From a virus, in IMG/VR virus record IMGVR_UViG_2037747001_000002, positions 1 through 27,481 of that record: 27,481 nucleotides of DNA; one strand, given 5' to 3'. Positions 1-6,795 of this stretch are shown in pieces. The notes beneath the pieces were generated by a model. It ran no database searches and was not told the origin of the DNA. It saw nothing but the letters and a program-made list of their open reading frames with translations. The stretch's first letter is position 1, and each line of letters starts with the position of its first letter. Position numbers and translations under genes: made by a program.

Positions 1-82
1 ATGATATATCCCTCCTTTTATTGTATCTGTTTAATATGTATTTTCTCATGGAATATAAAATTTACTCATTTATTTTAAACTG

Positions 83-146
83 CACAAAAAGCACAAAATT
101 TATATAGAATATACACTAACTATCAATTAACACAAAAAACACAAAA
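83..146 (+). promoter_or_regulatory. Promoter with TATA box flanked by two CACAAAA-N2-CACAAAA pairs
   Basis: TTTATATA at 99-106; CACAAAA at 83, 92, 131 and 140. GGAGG on the minus strand at 15-11 suggests a divergent gene starting just left of the window. Confidence 0.55.
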
Positions 147-178
147 CTTTTAAAAAGAATTTAGTGAGGTGTTTGTAG

Positions 179-646
179 ATGAAAGTTAAGGAGAAATCTA
201 GGGGCGAGTTAGCTCTTGAGAAGTTGCAAAGGTCGTATAATAGGATTGAAGAGTTAGAAAAAAAGGATAAAAAACAACTGGAAAAAATAGACATAAAAAA
301 CACGTTAAAATCCTTAGTTAAAAGTAGTAAGAATAAAGGAATCAATGGAGATTATTCTTATTTTTCTTCTTTTTTAGGGGATATGCATACTGTTACTTCA
401 TCTTTCCCCTCGATATTTACAGTCCAAACTAGTTTATCGCCCCATTCTAGATTTAAGAATTGCATAACCTCTTTAGGAACGATTGTTCTTGTGGATTTCC
501 CTTTTGTATCAGATTTGCCTAGTTTGCTTTCGTATTTCATAAGCATATCCACTCCTATGTGTTTTCATGTATTTAGTCTTTCTTTTTTCATGTATATAAA
601 CATTCATGATTATATGAATCAAATCATGCCAAATATATTTATATGA
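179..646 (+). CDS. Small Lys/Glu-rich helical protein, paralog of ORF 714-836; only the first ~60 codons look genuinely coding
   Basis: RBS GAGGTG at 166-171; first 32 aa are 23/32 identical to ORF 714-836; the remainder runs antisense through the AbrB gene. Confidence 0.45.
   Translation: MKVKEKSRGELALEKLQRSYNRIEELEKKDKKQLEKIDIKNTLKSLVKSSKNKGINGDYSYFSSFLGDMHTVTSSFPSIFTVQTSLSPHSRFKNCITSLGTIVLVDFPFVSDLPSLLSYFISISTPMCFHVFSLSFFMYINIHDYMNQIMPNIFI
358..540 (-). CDS. AbrB/MazE/SpoVT-fold DNA-binding protein, candidate viral repressor
   Basis: STRTIVPKEVMQFLNLEWGDKLVW matches the swapped-hairpin signature; RBS GGAGTG 8 nt before the ATG at 540. Confidence 0.8.
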   Translation of the reverse strand: MKYESKLGKSDTKGKSTRTIVPKEVMQFLNLEWGDKLVWTVNIEGKDEVTVCISPKKEEK

Positions 647-683
647 TGACTTACAACTATCATACATGACAACCTACATGACA
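565..683. promoter_or_regulatory. Divergent promoter with TACATGA operator-like motifs
   Basis: Minus-strand TTTATATA 600-593; plus-strand TTTATATG 638-645; TACATGA at 663 and 675 (+) and at 594-588 and 571-565 (-). Confidence 0.6.
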
Positions 684-713
684 GTTGTTAAGAAGTTTTT
701 GAGGTGTTTGTAG

Positions 714-836
714 ATGAAGGTAAACGAGAAGTCTAAGGGTGAATTAGCACTGGAGAAGTTGAAAAATTCCTTTTGCAGGATTGAAGAGTTGGAAGAGAAG
801 AATAAAGAGGTTAATAAGAACAGGAGGGGTAAGTGA
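714..836 (+). CDS. 40-aa Lys/Glu-rich protein (MKVNEKSKGELALEKLKNSFCRIEELEEKNKEVNKNRRGK)
   Basis: RBS GAGGTG at 701; paralog of ORF 179; stop abuts the next ATG. Below the ORF-track size cutoff. Confidence 0.7.
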   Translation: MKVNEKSKGELALEKLKNSFCRIEELEEKNKEVNKNRRGK

Positions 837-953
837 ATGGTTTCTGGTAAACATGTGGCTCCATGGTTGAGTGAAGATGATTTCAAAGAATTAACAGATG
901 AATTAAACCGTGAAGAATATCTGCGAAGGAGTAAGAGGAGGGAGGATAAATGA
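837..953 (+). CDS. 38-aa hypothetical protein (MVSGKHVAPWLSEDDFKELTDELNREEYLRRSKRREDK)
   Basis: ATG directly after the upstream TGA; ATGA overlap with ORF 950; GGAGGGG upstream. Confidence 0.6.
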   Translation: MVSGKHVAPWLSEDDFKELTDELNREEYLRRSKRREDK

Positions 954-1234
954 TAGCCCTAACTTCCATTTTTCATTTTGCCTTACCAGCTGCACGAGAG
1001 GTGGATGTTTCAGGTGAAGAGTTGGATCTGGTTCAGGAGGGTGATTTGATTGCCAATACGAATACAGGTAAGGTTCACCGTGCAGGGTGCAGGGCCATCA
1101 ATATGATGAAGCCTGAACATGTTTGGCATACGGATACAACTGAGGGTCTCAGCCTATGTGGTTGGTGTTACAAGAAATCTGATGTTGTGAGTGTTTTGGA
1201 TCAGGTGACTATGGACGAATTCACAAGTAAATAG
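950..1234 (+). CDS. Zinc-binding protein resembling the Ada metal-binding domain
   Basis: IANTNTGKVHRAGC...LSLCGWC pattern (H-x3-C ... CxxC); RBS GGAGG. Confidence 0.6.
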   Translation: MIALTSIFHFALPAAREVDVSGEELDLVQEGDLIANTNTGKVHRAGCRAINMMKPEHVWHTDTTEGLSLCGWCYKKSDVVSVLDQVTMDEFTSK

Positions 1235-1243
1235 GTGATGTAG

Positions 1244-2113
1244 TTGATGCGGAAGTTGAATGTCTTGGATCTGAAGGCTCATCCGCTTAATAAACGCTTG
1301 TATGGTAAGGAAGAGCCGGATGTGGAGTTAATTGAAAGCATAAAAACACATGGTGTTCTTGTACCCTTAACGGTTTTACAGGATGGGACGATTATTAGTG
1401 GTCATCGCAGGTGGAGAGCTGCAATGGACATGAAAAATCCTCCTAAACTGCCCTGTAACATTGTGGGATATCCGGATAAGCTGGCTGAGGAGGAGGCGGT
1501 GATTGAGCATAACAGGCAGCGTCGTAAAACCTTCTCACAACTCATGAATGAATGCAAAGCCCTTGAGGAGATTTACAGGGAACGGGCAGATAAGAACCGA
1601 TTATCATGTTTGAAGCAGTATCGTAAAACCCTTGAGAAAGAAGTTTGTGAACCTGTAGGTCGTGTGCGGGACCGTGTAGCAAGTCATGCAGAGATGTCTC
1701 CTCGTAAGTATGAGGAGGCTCGTAGGATCCTATCTGCTACTCAGAGTGAAGATCCCAAGGTCAAGAAGGTTGCAGTGGAACAGGTCCACAAATTAGACCA
1801 AAAGGAAACGAGTGTTCACAGGGCACATCAAGAGGTAAAGAAGAGTCAGGGCAAACCAGGCCGACCAACAGGTACAAAGGTTGAGGGTTTGGCTCAGGGA
1901 ACAGTGAAACGCTTAGTTCAGACGAAGCTGGATTTCTTTGAAACTAATGTTAGTCAAGTGGGTGACAAAGCAGCTGAACTCTTAAAGCAGCATTTAGAGG
2001 GTGAAACTGAGCGGATAACTATTAAAGCGTATAAGGCTGCGGAGCGTGAGGGTCGTAAAACTATACGTGAATCGGATATTAGAAGGGCGTTGGAAATGCC
2101 CAGTAAAAGATAG
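1244..2113 (+). CDS. ParB/Srx N-terminal domain + HTH + C-terminal archaeal histone-fold fusion protein
   Basis: LIESIKTHGVLVPL, IISGHRRWRAA and IEHNRQR are ParB motifs; C-terminal VGDKAAELLKQHLE...AYKAAEREGRKTIRESDIRRAL aligns with HMf-type histones. Confidence 0.85.
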   Translation: MMRKLNVLDLKAHPLNKRLYGKEEPDVELIESIKTHGVLVPLTVLQDGTIISGHRRWRAAMDMKNPPKLPCNIVGYPDKLAEEEAVIEHNRQRRKTFSQLMNECKALEEIYRERADKNRLSCLKQYRKTLEKEVCEPVGRVRDRVASHAEMSPRKYEEARRILSATQSEDPKVKKVAVEQVHKLDQKETSVHRAHQEVKKSQGKPGRPTGTKVEGLAQGTVKRLVQTKLDFFETNVSQVGDKAAELLKQHLEGETERITIKAYKAAEREGRKTIRESDIRRALEMPSKR

Positions 2114-2130
2114 AAATGGGGGAATTTTAG

Positions 2131-2379
2131 ATGGATGAGATTGTTAAATTGGCATTATCAGAGGTTTTGAAGCATTATAAGGAAACAGATGATTTGGAAC
2201 GTGCTGTGGAGGATATTGATAATATTCTTCACATACCACTGGGAGCTTCAGAGAATGTGGTATTTTGTCCTGCAGCATTACGTGGGGTGAATAAATTTTT
2301 AGAACCATGTAATTTTGTTAAAAATGGTGAGGAATGTCTTCACACAAAAAGGGAGGGATTCAAGGATGGGAGTTTTTAG
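2131..2379 (+). CDS. Hypothetical protein (Cys-containing)
   Basis: 82-aa ORF in a coupled operon. Confidence 0.6.
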   Translation: MDEIVKLALSEVLKHYKETDDLERAVEDIDNILHIPLGASENVVFCPAALRGVNKFLEPCNFVKNGEECLHTKREGFKDGSF

Positions 2380-2581
2380 ATTCAACCCAGAAATGGGCCT
2401 ATGCAGTCTTTTTCCCAGTAAAGGTCAGAAACTCCATGTCACACCTATTCAGGATCTTAAAAAATTCATGCCTGGAAATTTTGAGGACCTACCTTACCTA
2501 GACCACAAACTGAAGATCCAGGATCAGGTCCTGCTTTGTGTTGGTGGAGAATATTTTCAAATATGCTGTGTGAGGGGATAA
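2366..2581 (+). CDS. Hypothetical protein, 71 aa
   Basis: ATG at 2366 preceded by GGAGGG; the longer 2315 start of the ORF track is unlikely. Confidence 0.55.
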   Translation: MGVFRFNPEMGLCSLFPSKGQKLHVTPIQDLKKFMPGNFEDLPYLDHKLKIQDQVLLCVGGEYFQICCVRG

Positions 2582-2582
2582 G

Positions 2583-2858
2583 ATGAGGGATACATGTTAT
2601 GAATGCAAGCATCGTGGAACTGTGGTGAACAGTAGGCATAGTTCCTGTTGTCATCCTGAAGCTTTGAAGGTTGAACAGTCAGGGGAACTGCTTTTCATTT
2701 TAATGGAAGGCTATGTGAAGAATTCAAGAGTTAACCAGGTAACAAATATCAAAGTTGAAGCAGCTGAGCAGGGCATCAAAGGTGGATGGTTTATGTGGCC
2801 CTGGAACTTCGACCCACTATGGTTAATATCTTGTAGTGGATTTGAGGTGAAAGAATGA
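2583..2858 (+). CDS. Cys-rich hypothetical protein, probable metal binder
   Basis: CYEC...SCCH...WPWNFDPLWLISC; ATGA-coupled to the next ORF. Confidence 0.7.
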   Translation: MRDTCYECKHRGTVVNSRHSSCCHPEALKVEQSGELLFILMEGYVKNSRVNQVTNIKVEAAEQGIKGGWFMWPWNFDPLWLISCSGFEVKE

Positions 2859-2950
2859 ACTGTCCATTCTGTGGTGCTAAACTGGAATCTGCGCAACTGG
2901 GAACTATTCTGTTGTGGTTTTGTTCAAAGTGCAGATTCAATACTTACTAA
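2855..2950 (+). CDS. 31-aa zinc-ribbon microprotein (MNCPFCGAKLESAQLGTILLWFCSKCRFNTY)
   Basis: CPxCG...CxxC; RBS GAGGTGA; ATGA overlap with the upstream stop. Confidence 0.75.
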   Translation: MNCPFCGAKLESAQLGTILLWFCSKCRFNTY

Positions 2951-2963
2951 GGAGTGGTTTTTC

Positions 2964-3185
2964 ATGGTTAGTAAAATCCTAAAGGAGAAAGGGGAACGGA
3001 TCCAGAGGCTCCGTGATGAGGGTAAAACCTACCGTGAAATAGGGAGAATAGTGGGTGTTTCACCTGCCAGTGCATGGAGAGTTCTATCAGGAGAGGTTCC
3101 TATGGAATCATATCCGAAGGACCCTAACAAGAGAAGAGGACCATTTCCAGTGTATCTGCGTAGATATATGGAGGATTCAAAGTGA
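2964..3185 (+). CDS. Helix-turn-helix DNA-binding protein, 73 aa
   Basis: LRDEGKTYREIGRIVGVSPASAWRVL is a typical HTH; RBS GGAGTGG before the ATG at 2964. Confidence 0.8.
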   Translation: MVSKILKEKGERIQRLRDEGKTYREIGRIVGVSPASAWRVLSGEVPMESYPKDPNKRRGPFPVYLRRYMEDSK

Positions 3186-3328
3186 ACAGTTTATATCCAC
3201 GTAAGAAACCTTTCTGGACGGTGGAGCGTCGTAGATTGTTGTTTATTATTCTTTTATTAATCTTTTTAACCATGGCCCTGAGCATCCTTGGAGCTATGGA
3301 ACCGATTGAAATCTATAACATGGGGTGA
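3182..3328 (+). CDS. 48-aa single-pass membrane protein
   Basis: GTGA overlap with the upstream stop; RRRLLFIILLLIFLTMALSILGAM hydrophobic segment preceded by basic residues. Confidence 0.55.
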   Translation: MNSLYPRKKPFWTVERRRLLFIILLLIFLTMALSILGAMEPIEIYNMG

Positions 3329-3333
3329 TTTAT

Positions 3334-3912
3334 ATGACTGAGTTTAAGGAATCAGAAGGATGGGAAGAGATAATGGCCAGTGATGCTGAAAGATGGTGTC
3401 CTGAAAAACCTGGAGATGAACTTGTAGGTTTATATGTTGATAAAAAGGAGGATGTTGGTAAAAACCATGCAAATGCCTATTTCATTACCAACATTATCCA
3501 AGGTGAAGAGAAAGAATGGATAGTCTTTGGAACAGAAGACCTCAACCGTAAATTTGAACACATACCCATCGGTTATGAAGTAGGAATTGTATTCCAAGGA
3601 AGTAAACCCAGCAAACCACCCAAAAAACCATTCAAAATCTTCAAAGTCTACAAAAGACCAGCACCAGGAACACAACCAATAGTGGAAAGAGTAACCGAAG
3701 ACAAACCACAAATGTTCGCATCAGAAGAAGAAATGAAAACATGGCAATTAATCGAGGAAATTGCAGCAGACATTACCGTGGGACCTGTTGATAACAAGAG
3801 CATCCTCATGAGAGCGAATAGATGGGCACGTGAAGAAAGATTAGATCCAAAGGACTTTGATAGAATCAAAGCAGCCCTAGAGAAAAATCCTTTCAAGAAC
3901 GAGGGTAGATAA
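3334..3912 (+). CDS. Putative OB-fold single-stranded DNA-binding protein
   Basis: W-x-P-x3-GD-x-L-x-G-x-Y ... VFG-x3-L-x2-KF-x2-I-x2-G-x-EV-x-I-x-F-x-G pattern recalled from viral OB-fold SSB-like proteins; RBS GGGGTGA. Confidence 0.5.
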   Translation: MTEFKESEGWEEIMASDAERWCPEKPGDELVGLYVDKKEDVGKNHANAYFITNIIQGEEKEWIVFGTEDLNRKFEHIPIGYEVGIVFQGSKPSKPPKKPFKIFKVYKRPAPGTQPIVERVTEDKPQMFASEEEMKTWQLIEEIAADITVGPVDNKSILMRANRWAREERLDPKDFDRIKAALEKNPFKNEGR

Positions 3913-3913
3913 T

Positions 3914-4237
3914 ATGTCTACCCTCAATCGTATCCAAAAAGGATTCACTTTATACCGAATGGGCAATGTGGATCTGATCTTCCAGGATGAAAATGAAATC
4001 CAATTCAATGTAAAATCAGGTAAAACAGAGTACCTCGTATCCATCAATGAAGACGGAATTAAGTGTAATGTATGTGAAGATTGGCATTACAGGTGGAAGC
4101 ATGCAGCAAAAGTGGGTGGCAGCTTCCTCTGCAGCCATTGCTACGCCGCACTATTCAAATTAGGATACCTACGAGGAGTGGGAACACAAGCCACACTAGG
4201 AACCACAATAGAGGAGGCATTACAGGTTGGTAAATAA
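3914..4237 (+). CDS. SWIM-like zinc-finger protein
   Basis: YLVSINEDGIKCNVCEDW...CSHCYAAL; CxxC instead of the canonical CxC. Confidence 0.6.
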   Translation: MSTLNRIQKGFTLYRMGNVDLIFQDENEIQFNVKSGKTEYLVSINEDGIKCNVCEDWHYRWKHAAKVGGSFLCSHCYAALFKLGYLRGVGTQATLGTTIEEALQVGK

Positions 4238-4679
4238 AAAATACAAAGGCATCTACATGAAAATCGACTACGACCTCTACAGAAAATCCAAAGTCATAAT
4301 AAAAGACCGAACCAAAGACTACGAAGACTACCTACGCAGAAGAATCACAGTCAGTAACAGGGCAGAACTCCTCAAACTAGAAATAGAAGAACTCGACGAA
4401 CGCAGAAAAGCACTCATGAAAGAATACGACACAGAACTAGAACTACAAGAACAAATCAACATAACCGATGATAAAACCGTGGATGAGGTAGCTGAAATTT
4501 GCATTAACATCATAGAAAACCTAGGATACATAGGATTAGACAAAATGGAAACAATAGCAGACCTCCATGAAGTAAGCCTGGCAGAACTCAAAAAAACAAT
4601 ACCCACGGAATACCATGAGAAATTTGTCAAATACCACACAGACCCACAACCAGAAATCTGTAATCAAGTGACAATTTAA
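4227..4679 (+). CDS. Hypothetical protein with RHH-like N-terminus and coiled coil
   Basis: TTG start after GAGGAGG; YMKIDYDLYRKSK beta-helix pattern, then heptad-rich LLKLEIEELDERRKALMKE. Confidence 0.65.
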   Translation: MVNKKYKGIYMKIDYDLYRKSKVIIKDRTKDYEDYLRRRITVSNRAELLKLEIEELDERRKALMKEYDTELELQEQINITDDKTVDEVAEICINIIENLGYIGLDKMETIADLHEVSLAELKKTIPTEYHEKFVKYHTDPQPEICNQVTI

Positions 4680-4709
4680 AAAAATTTAAAAAAAGAAGGA
4701 TAGGGGGAA

Positions 4710-4805
4710 TTAACAGATTTTAAATGCAGTTTTTATTATTGCAATTATTAGATGTGCTGCTGCGAGTAGGACGTTAGCTATCGCTAACCCAGTTTCTAAT
4801 TTCAT
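4710..4805 (-). CDS. 31-aa hydrophobic peptide (MKLETGLAIANVLLAAAHLIIAIIKTAFKIC)
   Basis: RBS GAGGTGA 4 nt before the ATG; single amphipathic/TM helix; T-rich tract after the stop. Confidence 0.65.
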   Translation of the reverse strand: MKLETGLAIANVLLAAAHLIIAIIKTAFKIC

Positions 4806-4971
4806 AAATTCACCTCGTAATTTATCTTATTTAACCTAAAATTGGAGTATACTCGCGTTTTAAGAGAAATTCTCTACAATTATTCCCTTTTCCTCTTCTG
4901 ATATATAAAAGAAAAACTAAAATTTTGAGGATACAACACGGTAAATTAGTAATACAAAAAAGGGTGTTAAA

Positions 4972-5271
4972 ATGGAAATTCAGGAAAAACTCTTACAACC
5001 CAAAACAACATGGAATAAAATTGTTAAAAATGAGAAAACCCTGGAAAAATATGAAAAATTCTACCTAAAAAACGAAGCCCGACACGGAGAAGCCACAGCA
5101 AAAGAGATACTACAATCCCTAAAAGACAAAGGATGCTTACACACAGACTACAAACTAAACCCCAAACGCATCGGAAGAAAAATGGCAGAATATCCCTGGT
5201 TCAAACCCACTAAGAAATATGATAAAAGAACAAAACAGGACCGTATACACTGGAGATATATTAATATTTAA
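4972..5271 (+). CDS. Basic hypothetical protein, possibly winged-helix
   Basis: 99-aa ORF with GGGTG RBS; ATAKEILQSL...NPKRIGRKM pattern. Confidence 0.6.
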   Translation: MEIQEKLLQPKTTWNKIVKNEKTLEKYEKFYLKNEARHGEATAKEILQSLKDKGCLHTDYKLNPKRIGRKMAEYPWFKPTKKYDKRTKQDRIHWRYINI

Positions 5272-5311
5272 ATGTTAATTTATAATGAAGTAATGATAAG
5301 TGGTGGATGAT

Positions 5312-5668
5312 ATGGCGTTATTAACAAATGGAATAAGACTTTATAAAGAGAATGATATTGTTGCTGGGAATTACTACTTAAATAAAGATGTAAAATATGA
5401 GTTTGGATTTATTGATCCAAATATTAGTGAAGAAGCATTCAAAGAAAAATTAAGTAAAATGGGAGAAAAATATGTTATTAATGAAATAAATAATCTGAAA
5501 CGCTCTTTTTTTGTAGAAAAAACTGTTTTTACTCCCAAACCTAATGAAAAAGGAAATACTACTGAATTAGAATATCTGTTTAATAATATTATTGAGGAAA
5601 TACAAGAAGATTATGATAACTGTTTTGTAAAAGTTGATAAACTTTTAAGAGATGATCCTGTCGATTAA
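5312..5668 (+). CDS. AT-rich hypothetical protein (moron-like)
   Basis: Open frame with GGTGGA upstream; more AT-rich than its neighbours; T-rich terminator-like tract follows. Confidence 0.6.
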   Translation: MALLTNGIRLYKENDIVAGNYYLNKDVKYEFGFIDPNISEEAFKEKLSKMGEKYVINEINNLKRSFFVEKTVFTPKPNEKGNTTELEYLFNNIIEEIQEDYDNCFVKVDKLLRDDPVD

Positions 5669-5721
5669 TATCCATTTTCTTCTCGTATTTTTATTTACTC
5701 TTTTTTATTCTATTTTTACTC

Positions 5722-6051
5722 ATGAAGAGGATTTGTGAGTGGTGTGGTAAGCCTATAACTGTTTTGAGGCATGGTAATCAGCATTATCATAAGATAAATG
5801 ATGATGGAATTGAATGCTATAAGGAACACCGGAGAGAAGTAATCCGGGAAGCTCGGTCTAAGAATTACAGAAAAAACAGGGAAAGAGAAAACTTGAAAAG
5901 TACAGGTTCGGGTTATCTTAGAGAGCATCGTAAACAAGATTTTACTAGTGAATACGAAACGATACAAAAAGAATTGAACCGTCTTGGTATTAGAAAAATA
6001 GTGTTTACAGGTAATAGTGAAGAGGAGTTAATCCAACCTCTTCGAAACTAG
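5722..6051 (+). CDS. Basic protein with N-terminal CxxC (zinc-binding)
   Basis: MKRICEWCGKP...H...C followed by an Arg/Lys-rich helix. Confidence 0.65.
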   Translation: MKRICEWCGKPITVLRHGNQHYHKINDDGIECYKEHRREVIREARSKNYRKNRERENLKSTGSGYLREHRKQDFTSEYETIQKELNRLGIRKIVFTGNSEEELIQPLRN

Positions 6052-6088
6052 ACCCCTTTTATAAAACCAAATCGGAGACGACCTCCCT

Positions 6089-6607
6089 ATGGAGTTAATA
6101 TCTGTGGATGTCCTCACCCCGGGCATCCACCTCCTTACTAAAAAAGTTTACAAGTATCAATGGGATGAAGAATGGATAAAAACCGTCAAAGCTGGTTACT
6201 GTCCTGATTGTAAGAAACCATTCATTCACCGAGCTATTACCTGGACTTGCCCACGCTGTGGACTTTATCTAAAAGGTGCTATAGGTGCTTTATCTTATAC
6301 GTTAAAGGAATTGACAAAGGAAGATCCTAAAGTTGAACGTGAGGATAAGTGTCCTGAATGTGGGTCCACAGTTTTTGAGCATGATTTTAAGCATGATGAA
6401 ACTATCTGCAGAGGTTGTGGACTTGTATTGGAGGGACCTCCAGGATTCATTCCAGAGAATATCAAATTAAATTATCCTTTTGGTTATAATTTTGACGCTG
6501 AAGTAGTGTTCAGCTTTAGAAAGAGTGGAACACGTGTTATTGGATTTTATTATACTCCCACATATTCTAGGGATCCTCAGCAATTCACAACTTATATTAA
6601 AAAATAA
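6089..6607 (+). CDS. Double zinc-ribbon protein with a TFIIB/TFB-type ribbon
   Basis: CPDC...CPRCG, then CPECGSTVFEHDFKHDETICRGCGLVL matching the TFB N-terminal ribbon; no cyclin repeats. Confidence 0.75.
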   Translation: MELISVDVLTPGIHLLTKKVYKYQWDEEWIKTVKAGYCPDCKKPFIHRAITWTCPRCGLYLKGAIGALSYTLKELTKEDPKVEREDKCPECGSTVFEHDFKHDETICRGCGLVLEGPPGFIPENIKLNYPFGYNFDAEVVFSFRKSGTRVIGFYYTPTYSRDPQQFTTYIKK

Positions 6608-6615
6608 TTTTTATT

Positions 6616-6743
6616 GGTCCTGTACTGTAAAAATGAAGGAAATCATATCATCTTCTCTATGCCATATGAGTAAAACTTCCATCAGAAATTGTTGTATATC
6701 ACCAAACTTGAAATGGGACTTCTTTTTTTTACAGTATGGGACC
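6616..6743 (+). ncRNA. Putative structured RNA closed by an 18-bp stem
   Basis: 6616-6633 pairs fully with 6726-6743 if two G-U pairs are allowed; internal stems GAAGG/UCUUC and UUCCAU/AUGGGA. Confidence 0.4.
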
Positions 6744-6795
6744 TTTAAAACCATAAATTCACGTTAATCAGATCACAGTATTTGATTAGAAAAAA

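Noticed and set aside
4849-4875. Short palindromes GAGTATACTC and AGAGAAATTCTCT as parS or operator sites
   Set aside because: Single short occurrences that are expected by chance in AT-rich DNA; not seen repeated elsewhere.
6525-6767. Protein-coding ORF after the TFB-ribbon gene (and a 47-codon minus-strand ORF in the same place)
   Set aside because: No convincing RBS or protein-like composition; the region is better explained by RNA structure.
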